Shown here: piece by piece, positions 20,695 through 31,886 of the stretch
Numbering within the stretch: position 1 is the first letter of the stretch
Layout of the letters: every line of letters starts with the position of its first letter
Source: Candidatus Paceibacter sp.
GTDB lineage: Bacteria; Patescibacteriota; Minisyncoccia; UBA6257; JAGOQP01
DNA length: 64,000 nt
Direction: 5' to 3'
NCBI GenBank assembly: GCA_020724905.1
Contig: DYGB01000003.1
Span: 1,431-65,430, forward strand
Translations under genes and position numbers: made by a program
Notes under the pieces: generated by a model
Told to the model about the DNA's origin: nothing
Databases searched by the model: none
Seen by the model: only the letters and a program-made list of their open reading frames with translations

Positions 20695-21243
20695 ATGAAT
20701 ACAAAAGGATTTACACTCGTTGAGCTTCTGGTCGTTATTGGTATTCTAGCTATTTTAACTGCTGCAGTGGTTATTATCTTAAATCCTGCTGAGTTGTTGA
20801 GACAAGCTCGAGACAGTCAACGATTTACTGATCTTGATGCAGTGAGAAATGCTATTTCTCTCTATCTTGCTGATCGAGGTTCAAGTGCCAACATTGGGAA
20901 CTCATCACTTTGTTATATATATGACAGCGCAACAAGTACAGCCCTATGTGGTGGTAGATTTGCAACAGGAACAACAACATCTTCTGCAGCACGGACGGTT
21001 GCAGGAAGTGGATGGATTCCTATTAACTTTTCAGCCATTTCATCTGGATCACCACTGTCAGTACTACCCGTTGACCCAAGTAATGGAGCAACATATTACT
21101 ATGCATACAAAGGAAATAGTACATCGTATGATTTTGAGATAAATGCCGTTCTAGAAAGTACAAAATACGTAGGTGATAAAGATGCAAACGACGGAGGAAA
21201 TAGCTCTAGTATCTACGAAGTGGGAAGCGATCTAACTCTATAA
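20695..21243 (+). CDS. type IV pilin-like protein (paralog B, tandem duplicate with diverged central region)
   Basis: Identical leader, N-terminus and C-terminal ~45 aa; 5' UTR from 20621 is identical to 19860-19933. Confidence 0.8.
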   Translation: MNTKGFTLVELLVVIGILAILTAAVVIILNPAELLRQARDSQRFTDLDAVRNAISLYLADRGSSANIGNSSLCYIYDSATSTALCGGRFATGTTTSSAARTVAGSGWIPINFSAISSGSPLSVLPVDPSNGATYYYAYKGNSTSYDFEINAVLESTKYVGDKDANDGGNSSSIYEVGSDLTL

Positions 21244-21806
21244 TGGTGATTGTTATCTCGGTTGGTATTTGTTTAGTACTATTAGGAGCGCAGATATTTC
21301 TGCGCTCTTTTGTATACACGTATAGGAAGGAAATAGCATATGGAACAGTATTGGTACTCGCAGGAACATTATTGTTCCAAACATTTTTACAATACAACAC
21401 ATGGAAAGTAGGTGGACTTGGAGAGTTTCTTCTTCCTCCTCATAACTCAATTGGATATTTTCTTATCTATGTGTTTTTTAGAATATGGGCTCCTTATATC
21501 ATCTCATTTCTTTTTGGAGTGATGCTCGTTGTTGCTATGAAATGGGGAAATAGAAAGAAAGAGGGGGTGCTATTCTTTGATGATGAGTATACTATTGGAT
21601 TTGTAGCAATGGTAAGTGTAGGGTATCCTACTCTGATTCCATTCATACTTGTTTTTCTCTTTTCATATACCTCAATCCTTCTTTTTCAAAGGAAACAAGA
21701 GCGATTTTCATCATATTTTCTGTGGCTTCCGGTGGCTCTGTGTGCTATACTTTTGAGTGAATACATATTTGAAGGTACAGATATGTGGGCACTTCTATCG
21801 ATATAG
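21243..21806 (+). CDS. polytopic membrane protein, unknown function
   Basis: Multiple hydrophobic segments. Its first ~20 codons are also duplicated after pilin paralog A (20492-20560). Confidence 0.4.
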   Translation: MVIVISVGICLVLLGAQIFLRSFVYTYRKEIAYGTVLVLAGTLLFQTFLQYNTWKVGGLGEFLLPPHNSIGYFLIYVFFRIWAPYIISFLFGVMLVVAMKWGNRKKEGVLFFDDEYTIGFVAMVSVGYPTLIPFILVFLFSYTSILLFQRKQERFSSYFLWLPVALCAILLSEYIFEGTDMWALLSI

Positions 21807-23518
21807 CTATGGCATACCCTATCCCAAAAGATCAGTTACAACAGAGACTTTTAAAAGAAGGTCTCGTTACCAAAGAACAGTTTGAAACTGCTGTTGAGGA
21901 GGCGCGTCGTATGAATCAAGACGTTGCCGATGTCCTTGTTGCAGAGCAACTTATTACCTATGACTATCTGTATAAACTTCTTTCAGACTATTTTGGTGTT
22001 GAGCGGGCACAGATTAATACACGAGGAATAGATGATCAGGTGTTAGGGCTCGTAGAGAAGAAGTTTGTTCAAGAAAAAAAAGCAATTCCATTTTCACGAG
22101 ATGAAGATGGTACCATTAACGTAGCAATGGAGGATCCAAGTGATCTTCAGACTGTTGAATTTCTTGAAAAAAGACTTGGTGCACGAGTGCGACCATACTT
22201 TGCATCACCTCAAGATCTTGCACGGGGACTTTCTTTTTATTCTCATAAAGCGACAGAAGACTTTAAGGGTATTATTGATAGGAATATTAAAATATCCCTA
22301 CAACAGGGGATAGATACTGAAGAAGAAGCAGCAAAACAGATTCCTATCGTTGAATTGGTAAATAACCTTATCGGATATGCTGCGTATCTTAATGCTTCAG
22401 ATGTGCACGTTGAAGCAATGGAGGATGAGGTGCTTGTTCGATTTCGTATTGATGGCATCTTACATGAAATTATGAGTATTCCTCGACAGGTGCTTCCTGC
22501 AATTCTTGCTCGCATAAAACTTCTTGGAGCGCTTAAAGTGGATGAACATCAAAAACCACAGGATGGACGATTCAGACATGAACTAGGGGATGCTGTTGTT
22601 GATATTCGTGTTTCTATTATTCCTACCCTCTACGGAGAAAAGATCGTACTTCGTTTGTTGACCGCATCACAAAGACCATTGTCTCTTACTGAACTTGGTA
22701 TGGATGATCGAATGAAAGAAATTGTTGAAGAGAACGTGAAAAAATCATACGGAATGGTGCTGATAACAGGACCTACCGGATCGGGAAAAACAACAACACT
22801 TTATTCTATCCTAAGCATTCTTAACAGACCTGAGGTAAACATTGTGACTGTTGAGGATCCTATCGAATACAATATTAAATATATAAACCAGGTACAGATT
22901 AATCAAAAAGCAGGTATTACCTTTGCTTCAGGACTTCGATCAATTCTACGACAAGACCCTAACATTATCATGGTGGGTGAAATTCGTGACGAAGAAACAG
23001 CAGAAATTGCTGTGCAATCAGCTCTTACCGGGCATATTGTGCTTTCGAGCTTGCACACAAATGATGCACCATCAACAATTGCTCGTATGCTTGATATGAA
23101 TGTTCCTTCATTCCTTGTTGCAGCAGTGCTTAACATTGCAGCAGCACAGCGACTAGTTAGAAAAATCTGTATCGATTGTATTGAATCATACCAGGTTGAT
23201 GAGAAGATGAGGGTATCAATTGAAAAACAGATGGAAGAACTCCATGTTCCTCACAAGGATATCCCAAAGACACTCTATCGGGGGAAGGGGTGTAAGACAT
23301 GTAACGGAATTGGATATAAAGGAAGAATGGGTATTTTTGAAATACTCGAAGTTGATGAAGATATGAGATCTCTTATCACTTCTCCTGATTTCACACTTGA
23401 AAAATTAATCAAGCAGGCAGAAGAAAAAGGAATGAAAACGATGTTCCAAGATGGTCTTGAAAAAGCTGCCCTTGGGCAGACAACCATTGAAGAAGTACTT
23501 CGAGTTATTCGCGAATAA
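21785..23518 (+). CDS. pilB: type IV pilus assembly ATPase PilB/GspE family
   Basis: N-terminal GSPII_E_N-like domain, Walker A LITGPTGSGKTTTLYS, C-terminal CxxC zinc motif. Confidence 0.85.
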   Translation: MGTSIDIAMAYPIPKDQLQQRLLKEGLVTKEQFETAVEEARRMNQDVADVLVAEQLITYDYLYKLLSDYFGVERAQINTRGIDDQVLGLVEKKFVQEKKAIPFSRDEDGTINVAMEDPSDLQTVEFLEKRLGARVRPYFASPQDLARGLSFYSHKATEDFKGIIDRNIKISLQQGIDTEEEAAKQIPIVELVNNLIGYAAYLNASDVHVEAMEDEVLVRFRIDGILHEIMSIPRQVLPAILARIKLLGALKVDEHQKPQDGRFRHELGDAVVDIRVSIIPTLYGEKIVLRLLTASQRPLSLTELGMDDRMKEIVEENVKKSYGMVLITGPTGSGKTTTLYSILSILNRPEVNIVTVEDPIEYNIKYINQVQINQKAGITFASGLRSILRQDPNIIMVGEIRDEETAEIAVQSALTGHIVLSSLHTNDAPSTIARMLDMNVPSFLVAAVLNIAAAQRLVRKICIDCIESYQVDEKMRVSIEKQMEELHVPHKDIPKTLYRGKGCKTCNGIGYKGRMGIFEILEVDEDMRSLITSPDFTLEKLIKQAEEKGMKTMFQDGLEKAALGQTTIEEVLRVIRE

Positions 23519-23573
23519 CGTTTTATTTACACAGTAAATGCGATATACTAAAGAGAGATAATCTCTTGACTCT

Positions 23574-24788
23574 ATGCGTTTTCACTATAAAGCACTCGAT
23601 GAGAAGGGGAAAATTGTTGAAGATACGATTGAGGGGGTAGATAAGGCAGATGCAATTAATAAAATTGCAACAAAAGGCTATAAACCTCTTGCGTTAAACG
23701 AACTTTCTTTTTCTCAAAAAAAGACATTCTTTAGTACGCTGTTTAGTCAGAAAATAACCCTCGAAGACAAGGTTTTTTTGACAAAATACCTTTCATTGAT
23801 GTTGAAAGTAGGAACAGATCTTTTTAAAGCAATTAATATTCTTATTGATGACTTTGAAAAGCCAGTAGTAAAAAACCTTCTCATAGAGATTAGAGAAAAC
23901 CTAGAAAAAGGAAGACCATTCCATGAAACATTTGCAAAGTATGAGAAATCGTTTTCTCCCGTGTTTATAAACTTAGTACGCGCAGGAGAAGTATCAGGAA
24001 ACTTAGAGGAGGTATTTGGAGAGTTAAGTGAGACGCTTGAGAAGCAAAATGATTTGCGACAGAAAATTAAATCAGCGCTTACCTATCCAATTATTCTCTT
24101 TGTTGCTTCTATTGTTATTTTGATTTTGCTGGTGAGCTTTTCTCTTCCAAAAATTGCAAATGTTTTCTTGAGCGGAGGTCTTGAACCACCAACATTTTCA
24201 AAAGTCATTTTTACCGTAGGGTTATTTATTGGAGATCATCTTGCAATCCTTCTTACCCTTCTTGCTATCGTTGCTATTGGAGGCTTTATATTCTTTTCAA
24301 AAACATTACTGGGAAAAAAAATTCTCTATGATATTGGTCTTAAAACACCAGTGATAAAGAATGTGATAAAACAGGTATCTTTGCAACGATTTGCCGCAAC
24401 ACTTTCTTCACTTCTTTCTTCAGGGCTTTCTATCGTTGAGTCACTAGAGGTAACCTCAGGATCTGTGGGGATGCCTGAACTACGAGTGGCACTTGTTCGC
24501 ATTGCCCGAGAAGGGATCTCAAGAGGGCTTACTGTTGGAGAGGCATTTAAAAAAGAAAAAGTATTTCCTCCAATTGTTTCAAACCTAGTCGCAATTTCTG
24601 AAAAATCAGGACATTTAGAAGAAATTCTTGAGACACTCTCAGAATTCTATGCAAAAGAAATTGAAGCAGCGGTAAAATCTCTCGTGTCGTTTATCGAACC
24701 AGTTATGCTTCTCCTTATTGGTGTTGTTATTGGAACCATTGCGCTTGCAGTGATCGTGCCGGTCTATCAGCTCACCAGCACGTTTTAG
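23574..24788 (+). CDS. pilC: type IV pilus platform protein PilC/GspF family
   Basis: Two GspF-type repeats, 3 TM, typical N-terminus MRFHYKALDEKGKIVEDTIEG. Confidence 0.85.
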   Translation: MRFHYKALDEKGKIVEDTIEGVDKADAINKIATKGYKPLALNELSFSQKKTFFSTLFSQKITLEDKVFLTKYLSLMLKVGTDLFKAINILIDDFEKPVVKNLLIEIRENLEKGRPFHETFAKYEKSFSPVFINLVRAGEVSGNLEEVFGELSETLEKQNDLRQKIKSALTYPIILFVASIVILILLVSFSLPKIANVFLSGGLEPPTFSKVIFTVGLFIGDHLAILLTLLAIVAIGGFIFFSKTLLGKKILYDIGLKTPVIKNVIKQVSLQRFAATLSSLLSSGLSIVESLEVTSGSVGMPELRVALVRIAREGISRGLTVGEAFKKEKVFPPIVSNLVAISEKSGHLEEILETLSEFYAKEIEAAVKSLVSFIEPVMLLLIGVVIGTIALAVIVPVYQLTSTF

Positions 24789-24795
24789 TATTCAT

Positions 24796-25875
24796 ATGAA
24801 CCTATCAGGAAAACAATCCTTTACCTTAGTTGAAGTTCTCATTACTGTGGGGATTCTTTCTATTATCGTTGGTGTGGGGTTTTTAAACCTCACTGGGTTT
24901 AAGAGTAAACATAGTTTTGATCTTGATGCTGAGAACGTTGTTGCATCAATACGAAATACACAGAATAGAGCACTACTTGGAGAAGGGGGTACCTCATGGG
25001 GGATTCGATTTGTGAGTAGTGCAACAGGCGGATCATATGAAATATTTTCCGGGACAGAATATGCTCCCTCATCAGTGGTGGTTAGTGATGCTTTGAGTGT
25101 TTCTTCTCGTTTTTATAACCCTCCAAGTGGTTTTTCTAAAACAATTGTTTTTTCTCCCATATCAGGACTCCCTAGTAATGCAGATACGATTGTTTTGGGG
25201 AGGTCTTCAGGGGATGATCTCTATATTATTTCAATAAACGCTCTGGGAAGAGTATCAATATCATATGAAACAGGATTGGTAGGATATTGGGCGTTTGATG
25301 AAGGACTTGGGACAGAAGCGCGAGACAGTTCACTGAGTGGAAATCATGGAACATTGGTAAATACACCAACATGGCAGAGCGCATGTAGAAATGGGGGGTC
25401 ATGTCTTTATTTTACTAACACGGCACATGTTTCATTTTCTTCTTCCACCAATATTCCAATGGAAAACTCTAACTACTCTATTGCTGCATGGATAAAGACG
25501 GATTCTATGGGTATTAGAGGTATTGTTGGGTGGGGAAATTATGGGGTTGCAAACCAGGTAAACGCACTACGACTTTCTGGAACTGGATTTAGACACTACT
25601 GGTGGGCAAATGATCTTGACGGGAGTACAAGTAGTCTTTCTGGTGTGTGGCATCATGTCGTTGCTGTGTTTGATGGGACTAATAGAATTATTTATCTTGA
25701 TGGTGTAGAGCTGGTTTCAGACACTCCTTCGGGGCACAACGTTCCTAATGCAGATAATTTAACAATTGCTAAAACGTATACAACTGAATATTTTGAAGGA
25801 TATATTGATGAGGTAAGAATCTATGATTACGGACTTACACCCACACAAGTAGAACAACTCTATGAATCATATTAA
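24796..25875 (+). CDS. pilin-like protein with LamG-like domain
   Basis: FTLVEVLITVGILSIIVG N-terminus; WHHVVAVFDGTNRIIYLDGVEL...IDEVRIYDYGLTPTQVEQLY. Confidence 0.75.
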   Translation: MNLSGKQSFTLVEVLITVGILSIIVGVGFLNLTGFKSKHSFDLDAENVVASIRNTQNRALLGEGGTSWGIRFVSSATGGSYEIFSGTEYAPSSVVVSDALSVSSRFYNPPSGFSKTIVFSPISGLPSNADTIVLGRSSGDDLYIISINALGRVSISYETGLVGYWAFDEGLGTEARDSSLSGNHGTLVNTPTWQSACRNGGSCLYFTNTAHVSFSSSTNIPMENSNYSIAAWIKTDSMGIRGIVGWGNYGVANQVNALRLSGTGFRHYWWANDLDGSTSSLSGVWHHVVAVFDGTNRIIYLDGVELVSDTPSGHNVPNADNLTIAKTYTTEYFEGYIDEVRIYDYGLTPTQVEQLYESY

Positions 25876-27442
25876 GACGATACAAGAAGAAAAAGGACAA
25901 CTTCTTATTGAGGTGCTTGTTGCCTTACTTGTGGGTGGGATATTTCTTCTTGGGGCAACACTAGGAGTGTCTTCATTGTTACGATACAGCTTTGAATCAC
26001 GAGGAAATCAGGTTGCCTCATCGTTTGCTGTTGAAATGTTAAGTGATGTTGAATCATTTATCGATACAAAGTGGCACAATATCTATGATCTTGATAAAGG
26101 AGTGGTCAATGCGTACTATCTTATCCCTCATCCCACCTCAACGATAGCGGTAAAGGGAGAGGAGAGCATGTTGTTTGTTGATGTTACAGCAGGAAGAGTT
26201 GGACACTGGAAGTTTGATGAACTATCTGGTGATACAGCATATGATTCATCAGGTAATTTTGCCAACGCAACTTCAACAAGTTTCCCTACACGTCTAGAAA
26301 GTTCTCAGTGTCAGGCAGGGAAATGTCTAAGTTTAAATGGAGGGAATAATTTTATAAGTGCAGGGAACCAATCACTATTTGATTTAGTTGATGAGGGGTC
26401 AGTAAGTGTGTGGGTAAAGATACCATCATCATGGACAGGAGGAACGTATCCAAATGTTGTGAGCAAAGGGGCAGCATATGGATGGGATACAAATGGATGG
26501 AGCCTCTACATGTTTCAGGACAATAGAATTGGTATTGGGTTTAGAAATGGTGCAACAACAAATACGTTGAATTTTTCAAATACGATAAAAGATGAATGGA
26601 CACATATTGTTGGTACTTGGGATGGATCAACAATCAGCATCTATCAAGATGGTGTTCTAAAAAACAGCACTGTACAAACAATAACTCCTGCAACAACAAC
26701 TGTTGCATTAGAAATTGGAAGGGGAGTGTCACATTATTTTGGAGGACTTCTTGATGATGTCCGGGTCTATAACAGAGACCTCTCAGTACAAGAAATTAAA
26801 AATCTCTATGAAGCAGCTCTGTATACACGATATTTTTATGTTGATAATGTTTCCCGAGATATCTCAGGAAATATTGTAACCAGTGGAGGAGAAGATGACC
26901 CTGCGACACAGAAGATAACTATTGGTGTTGATTGGGAAGGAGGAAGGAATATGAGACTAACGGAGTATAGTACGCGTAATAATCCAAAAAACTATATGCA
27001 GACAGATTGGACAGGAGGAGGTGGTGTTGCAGGTCCTGTTACCTCTGCAACAAGTACCTATTTTGATGCATCAAATGTTACTACCGCATCATATTCTCTT
27101 CAGCTTGCTTCAACAACAGTTTCAGGGTGGCTTGAATCTGCTACGTTTGATACTCAGATAGAGGAGGGGGCACGGTTAAATAATATTCTCTGGCAAGGAT
27201 CAAAACCATCAGGAACTGTCGTAAAATTCCAACTTGCATATGCTGCTACCTCTACTGGACCATGGTCGTTTGTAGGGGATGATGGGACAGGCAATTCATA
27301 CTTTATCCCAGCAACAAGTGATATTGCCCTTAAACTCGAAGATATCCATAACTACAGGTATTTTAGGTATAAGGTATTTCTTGAACCAGCAAGTAGTACG
27401 AGCCCTATTATTGATGATATCTTTATTAACTGGACAAAATAA
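25862..27442 (+). CDS. pilin-like protein with LamG-like domain
   Basis: Hydrophobic prepilin-like N-terminus; EWTHIVGTWDGSTISIYQDG...LDDVRVYNRDLSVQEIKNLY. Confidence 0.7.
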   Translation: MNHIKTIQEEKGQLLIEVLVALLVGGIFLLGATLGVSSLLRYSFESRGNQVASSFAVEMLSDVESFIDTKWHNIYDLDKGVVNAYYLIPHPTSTIAVKGEESMLFVDVTAGRVGHWKFDELSGDTAYDSSGNFANATSTSFPTRLESSQCQAGKCLSLNGGNNFISAGNQSLFDLVDEGSVSVWVKIPSSWTGGTYPNVVSKGAAYGWDTNGWSLYMFQDNRIGIGFRNGATTNTLNFSNTIKDEWTHIVGTWDGSTISIYQDGVLKNSTVQTITPATTTVALEIGRGVSHYFGGLLDDVRVYNRDLSVQEIKNLYEAALYTRYFYVDNVSRDISGNIVTSGGEDDPATQKITIGVDWEGGRNMRLTEYSTRNNPKNYMQTDWTGGGGVAGPVTSATSTYFDASNVTTASYSLQLASTTVSGWLESATFDTQIEEGARLNNILWQGSKPSGTVVKFQLAYAATSTGPWSFVGDDGTGNSYFIPATSDIALKLEDIHNYRYFRYKVFLEPASSTSPIIDDIFINWTK

Positions 27443-27444
27443 TA

Positions 27445-27866
27445 TGAAATGGATACGAAGTAAAAAAGGAATTATTTCCCTGACCACCGTTCTTATTGTG
27501 AGTACTGTTATTGTAGAGACAGCACTTGTAGGGCTCTCTATTGCATACCTTGCAGGGGAGGAAGGATTTGGGCTTAAAGCATCACGTCATGCTATCGCAG
27601 CAGCACGATCCGGTATTAATGATGCAGTCCTAAGAATTATTGATAATAAAGACTACCTTTCAAATTCATATACATTGTCTGTTGATTCATATGAGGCTGA
27701 TGTCACGATTACGCGTAGTTCCATTGATACGAGGTATGCTCGCTATGATATTGAGTCACTTGGGAAAACATTTGGGAAGCGAATTAAAATCAGTGGTGTC
27801 CTCACCGTTGATGAATATTCTGGAGAGGTTACCATTCAATCATTCCAAGAAACAGGAATTGAGTAG
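27445..27866 (+). CDS. minor pilin / PilX-like pseudopilin
   Basis: MKWIRSKKGIISLTTVLIVSTVIVETALVGL N-terminus; ORF listed from 27279 overlaps the upstream gene, likely start 27445. Confidence 0.55.
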
Positions 27867-27902
27867 TGGAGAGGGTAACTTTTTGATATACTAAGAGAAA
27901 TC

Positions 27903-29414
27903 ATGCATAAGAGTCTGCGACATATACGAAAATTGCTTCGAGTACTTCGTCCTCGTATTGAGGTAGGAGGTCTTGATATTACTAATGGAGGAGCAGTGTT
28001 TGTATCCTTTCATCCAGAGACCTATGCCCTAAAGAAGGGGTCAATTGCATTCCCCCCAGGAACAGTAGAAGGAGGAATTATCAAAGACAAAAAAGCATTT
28101 ATAGCATCACTACAAAAACTAGCTCAGACAGTTGGATTTAAAAAAGGAAAACAGATTCCTGTTGTTGTTTCTATTTCTGATGAGCATGTATATACACAGA
28201 CCTTTACGCTTCCTCGAATGAAGCGCAAAGAATTTAAAGAAGCAGTTGGGCTCAATATGCAGAGCGTTTCACCAATTGATTTTAAAGATGTACATGCTGA
28301 CTGGGAAGACATTGGAGAAAAAGAAGAAACAGGGGAGAGAGAAATTTTAGCTTCTTTTATAGAAAAAAAATATGTTGATCCTCTTTCAGAGGCACTTGAA
28401 ACAGCTGGATTTTTAGTACTTGCGATAGAACAAAGAGCTTCATCAATTACTCGTGTTCTCTCACAGCAGGAAAAAGCATTTCATCAGCAGACTCCATACT
28501 TTCTTGTCTCAGTACACATTGATGGTATTTCATTTTCAATTCTTCGAAATGGAAGGGTCTATTTTAACAGATTTACCCCATGGAAAGATGTGATTGACAA
28601 TGAAAAAAGAACAGTATCATTTGATGCCTTCAAGGGGTTAATTCAACGTGAAATAAATCAGCTCAGTAATTTCTTTTTCTCACGATTTCATAAAGAGTTA
28701 GGAGGAATCTATGTAGTAAGCCATACCTTCCAAAAAGAGATTGTAGAGACACTTTCTCAGGCAACATCATTTCCTGTACGAAGACCAGTACTCAAAGGGG
28801 GTACATTTCCTGATGTATGGCTCTCTTCTCTTGGATGTGCGCTTCGAGGATTACTTCCACGTTCAAAAGACACGAAGATAAGTATTGCCTCAGAGGGAAC
28901 AGAAGAGCAATTCTTCCATTCACAGGTAATATCCTTTATTACTTTATGGAGAACAATTCTTATAACTATCTCCTTTATTCTTCTTGCTTCATTCTTTATT
29001 GGACATCTCTTTTTAGTTTCATTTAAAGACACAATACAGGCTGATGTCAGTGGAGCATTTTCAAACTCTCAGGTTATCTCAGAGTATCTTGGTCTCAAAG
29101 AAGAGGCTCAAAACTTTAATACCGCAATAGATGAGGCACGGGTGGTAAAGCAGCAACAACAAGCATGGCATCCAATGATCCAAGCAGTCTTTGATAATGC
29201 AGGATCACAGGTATTAGTTGAACGTGTTCATTTTCAATCACCAAGTCAACCAGTTATTGTGACTGCTCGAACAACAGAAGAACAGTATGCCCTTGAATTT
29301 AAAAACAAACTAGCAGCCGTTGAGGGGATTGGAAATGTATCACTCCCACTTTCAGCGTTTAATAGGAATGATGCAGTCACCATCAATTTTCAAATGACAT
29401 TTGAGGTACAGTAA
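27903..29414 (+). CDS. fused PilM-PilN type IV pilus assembly protein
   Basis: Actin-like PilM N-terminal ~350 aa, then a TM helix (ITLWRTILITISFILLASFFIG) and a PilN-like periplasmic part. Confidence 0.65.
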   Translation: MHKSLRHIRKLLRVLRPRIEVGGLDITNGGAVFVSFHPETYALKKGSIAFPPGTVEGGIIKDKKAFIASLQKLAQTVGFKKGKQIPVVVSISDEHVYTQTFTLPRMKRKEFKEAVGLNMQSVSPIDFKDVHADWEDIGEKEETGEREILASFIEKKYVDPLSEALETAGFLVLAIEQRASSITRVLSQQEKAFHQQTPYFLVSVHIDGISFSILRNGRVYFNRFTPWKDVIDNEKRTVSFDAFKGLIQREINQLSNFFFSRFHKELGGIYVVSHTFQKEIVETLSQATSFPVRRPVLKGGTFPDVWLSSLGCALRGLLPRSKDTKISIASEGTEEQFFHSQVISFITLWRTILITISFILLASFFIGHLFLVSFKDTIQADVSGAFSNSQVISEYLGLKEEAQNFNTAIDEARVVKQQQQAWHPMIQAVFDNAGSQVLVERVHFQSPSQPVIVTARTTEEQYALEFKNKLAAVEGIGNVSLPLSAFNRNDAVTINFQMTFEVQ

Positions 29415-29432
29415 GAGAGGTGATATGCTGAG

Positions 29433-31886
29433 ATGACTATGGTGCCTTACAATCCCAGTACAATAGAAGAAAAGTGGAAAGCTCGTTGGAAAGACATGGG
29501 TATCTTTGAGGTAGATATAGCAGGAACACGCCCTTTTTATTGTCTTGTTGAATTTCCATATCCTTCAGGAGAAGGGCTTCACGTTGGGCATACTCGTTCA
29601 TACACAGCACTCGATGTTGTTGCTCGAAAAAAAAGAATGGAAGGAGAGAATGTCCTCTTCCCTATGGGATGGGATGCTTTTGGCCTTCCTGCTGAGAATT
29701 TTGCCCTTAAAACAGGAAGACATCCAGCAGAAACAACAGAAAAAAATATCGCACGATACAGAGAACAGCTCCAGTCCTTGGGGCTCTCATTTGATTGGAG
29801 TCGAGAGGTAAGTACGATTGATCCTTCGTATTATAAATGGACACAATGGATTGTTACAAAACTATTTGATACAGGGTTAGCATATAAAAAGAAAACACAG
29901 GTAAACTGGTGTACGTCATGTAATGTGGTATTGGCAAATGAAGAAGTTGAAGGAGGAGTCTGTGAGAGGTGTGGGGGAGAGGTTATTGGAAAAGAAAAGG
30001 AACAATGGATGCTAGAGATAACTGCATATGCACAACGACTCATTGATGATCTTGATCAGGTATCATATCCTGCACGAGTCAAAAAACAACAAATTGATTG
30101 GATTGGGAAATCTAAAGGAGCATTAATACAGTTTTCACTTCAGAACACAGATAGAACAATTGAAGTCTTTACCACTCGTCCTGATACACTATTTGGAGTT
30201 ACCTATCTTGTACTTGCTCCAGAACACCCACTAGTGAAAGATATTGTAGTAGAAGATAAAAAGGATGAGGTGTCCGCATATATAACACAAACACGAAAGA
30301 AGAGCCAACAAGAACGTATTGCACAAGGTGATATCAAAACAGGAGTCTGGACAGGATCATATGCATCTCATCCAGCAACAGGAGAAGCTCTCCCTGTGTG
30401 GATAGGGGACTATGTTCTTATGGAATATGGGACAGGGGCAGTTATGGCAGTACCTGCTCACGATCAGCGTGATTATGAGTTTGCTCATGCCTATAACCTT
30501 CCAGTACGTCCAGTGATAGAATCTGATAACACTCCTCAGAATGAGGCATACGAAGGAGAGGGAACACTTATTAATTCAGGAGAGTATTCAGGAAAAACAA
30601 GTCAGGAAGCACGAAATACCATTACAAAAGATTTTGGAGAAGAAAAAGTTATTTACAAACTACGTGATTGGGTGTTTGCTCGACAGCGATACTGGGGAGA
30701 GCCAATGCCTCTTGTATTTTGTGTAACATGTAAGGAACAGATAGAAAAGGGAGACACAGAAGGAAGAACACAAGGAGAGATACGAAATCCAGGATGGATG
30801 AGTGTTACCCAAGAACAGCTCCCAGTTATTCTTCCTGATATTAAAGAATACAAAACAACAGAAGATGGAGAGTCTCCTTTGGCACGTGTTGATGAATGGG
30901 TAAAAACTACCTGTCCACGATGTGGAGGAGCGGCACAGAGAGAAACAGATACAATGCCACAATGGGCAGGATCATCATGGTACTACATTCGTTATATTGA
31001 TTCACAAAACAATACTTCTCTAGGAAAAAAAGAACTCTTAGACAAGTGGCTTCCTGTGGATTGGTACAATGGAGGTATGGAACACACAACACTTCATTTA
31101 CTCTATTCTCGATTCTGGCATAAATTCTTGTACGACCAGGGAGTTATTTCTTCTCCAGAGCCCTACATGAAAAGAACATCTCATGGGCTCATTCTTGGAG
31201 AAGGAGGAGAGAAGATGTCAAAATCAAAAGGAAATGTTATTAACCCTGATGATATTGTAAAAGAGTTTGGGGCTGACGCACTTCGTCTCTACATACTCTT
31301 TATTGGGCCTTTTGAGGAATCTATCCCCTGGAATAATAATGGACTTATCGGAATGGAACGGTTTTTAAAACGAGTATGGAATCTGTATCAGACAGTATCA
31401 TTTGTGGATAAGGGAGATGGAACGATAGAATCTGAAACACAAAAGACACTTAAAAAAGTGTCACATGATATTGATGCTCTTAAGTATAATACAGCGATTG
31501 CTGCATTAATGAGTCTCTTTAAAATATACGAAGAGAAGAAGAATGAGATCTCAAAAGAATCTGCAAAACTATTCCTATTACTCCTTTCTCCATTTGCTCC
31601 ATTTATAGCCGAAGAACTATGGGAAACGGTATGTCATGAAACTAATTCCATACAAAAAAGTGAGTGGCCGTCGGTAGATGAGAAAAAAATACAAACAGAA
31701 CAGGTTACGATTGCAATTCAGGTAAATGGAAAAATGAGAGGAACAGTCACCGTTCCTCCTGCATCTAATGAAGATGTAGTGTGGGAAGAGGCGATACAAC
31801 AAAAACAGGTAGCTTTATATATAGAGGGAAAAGATATCAAAAAGAAGATATTTGTAAAAGATAAGATTCTTAATATTGTTTTGTAA
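29433..31886 (+). CDS. leuS: leucyl-tRNA synthetase
   Basis: HVGH (HIGH) and KMSKS motifs, CP1 editing domain, length 817 aa. Confidence 0.9.
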   Translation: MTMVPYNPSTIEEKWKARWKDMGIFEVDIAGTRPFYCLVEFPYPSGEGLHVGHTRSYTALDVVARKKRMEGENVLFPMGWDAFGLPAENFALKTGRHPAETTEKNIARYREQLQSLGLSFDWSREVSTIDPSYYKWTQWIVTKLFDTGLAYKKKTQVNWCTSCNVVLANEEVEGGVCERCGGEVIGKEKEQWMLEITAYAQRLIDDLDQVSYPARVKKQQIDWIGKSKGALIQFSLQNTDRTIEVFTTRPDTLFGVTYLVLAPEHPLVKDIVVEDKKDEVSAYITQTRKKSQQERIAQGDIKTGVWTGSYASHPATGEALPVWIGDYVLMEYGTGAVMAVPAHDQRDYEFAHAYNLPVRPVIESDNTPQNEAYEGEGTLINSGEYSGKTSQEARNTITKDFGEEKVIYKLRDWVFARQRYWGEPMPLVFCVTCKEQIEKGDTEGRTQGEIRNPGWMSVTQEQLPVILPDIKEYKTTEDGESPLARVDEWVKTTCPRCGGAAQRETDTMPQWAGSSWYYIRYIDSQNNTSLGKKELLDKWLPVDWYNGGMEHTTLHLLYSRFWHKFLYDQGVISSPEPYMKRTSHGLILGEGGEKMSKSKGNVINPDDIVKEFGADALRLYILFIGPFEESIPWNNNGLIGMERFLKRVWNLYQTVSFVDKGDGTIESETQKTLKKVSHDIDALKYNTAIAALMSLFKIYEEKKNEISKESAKLFLLLLSPFAPFIAEELWETVCHETNSIQKSEWPSVDEKKIQTEQVTIAIQVNGKMRGTVTVPPASNEDVVWEEAIQQKQVALYIEGKDIKKKIFVKDKILNIVL

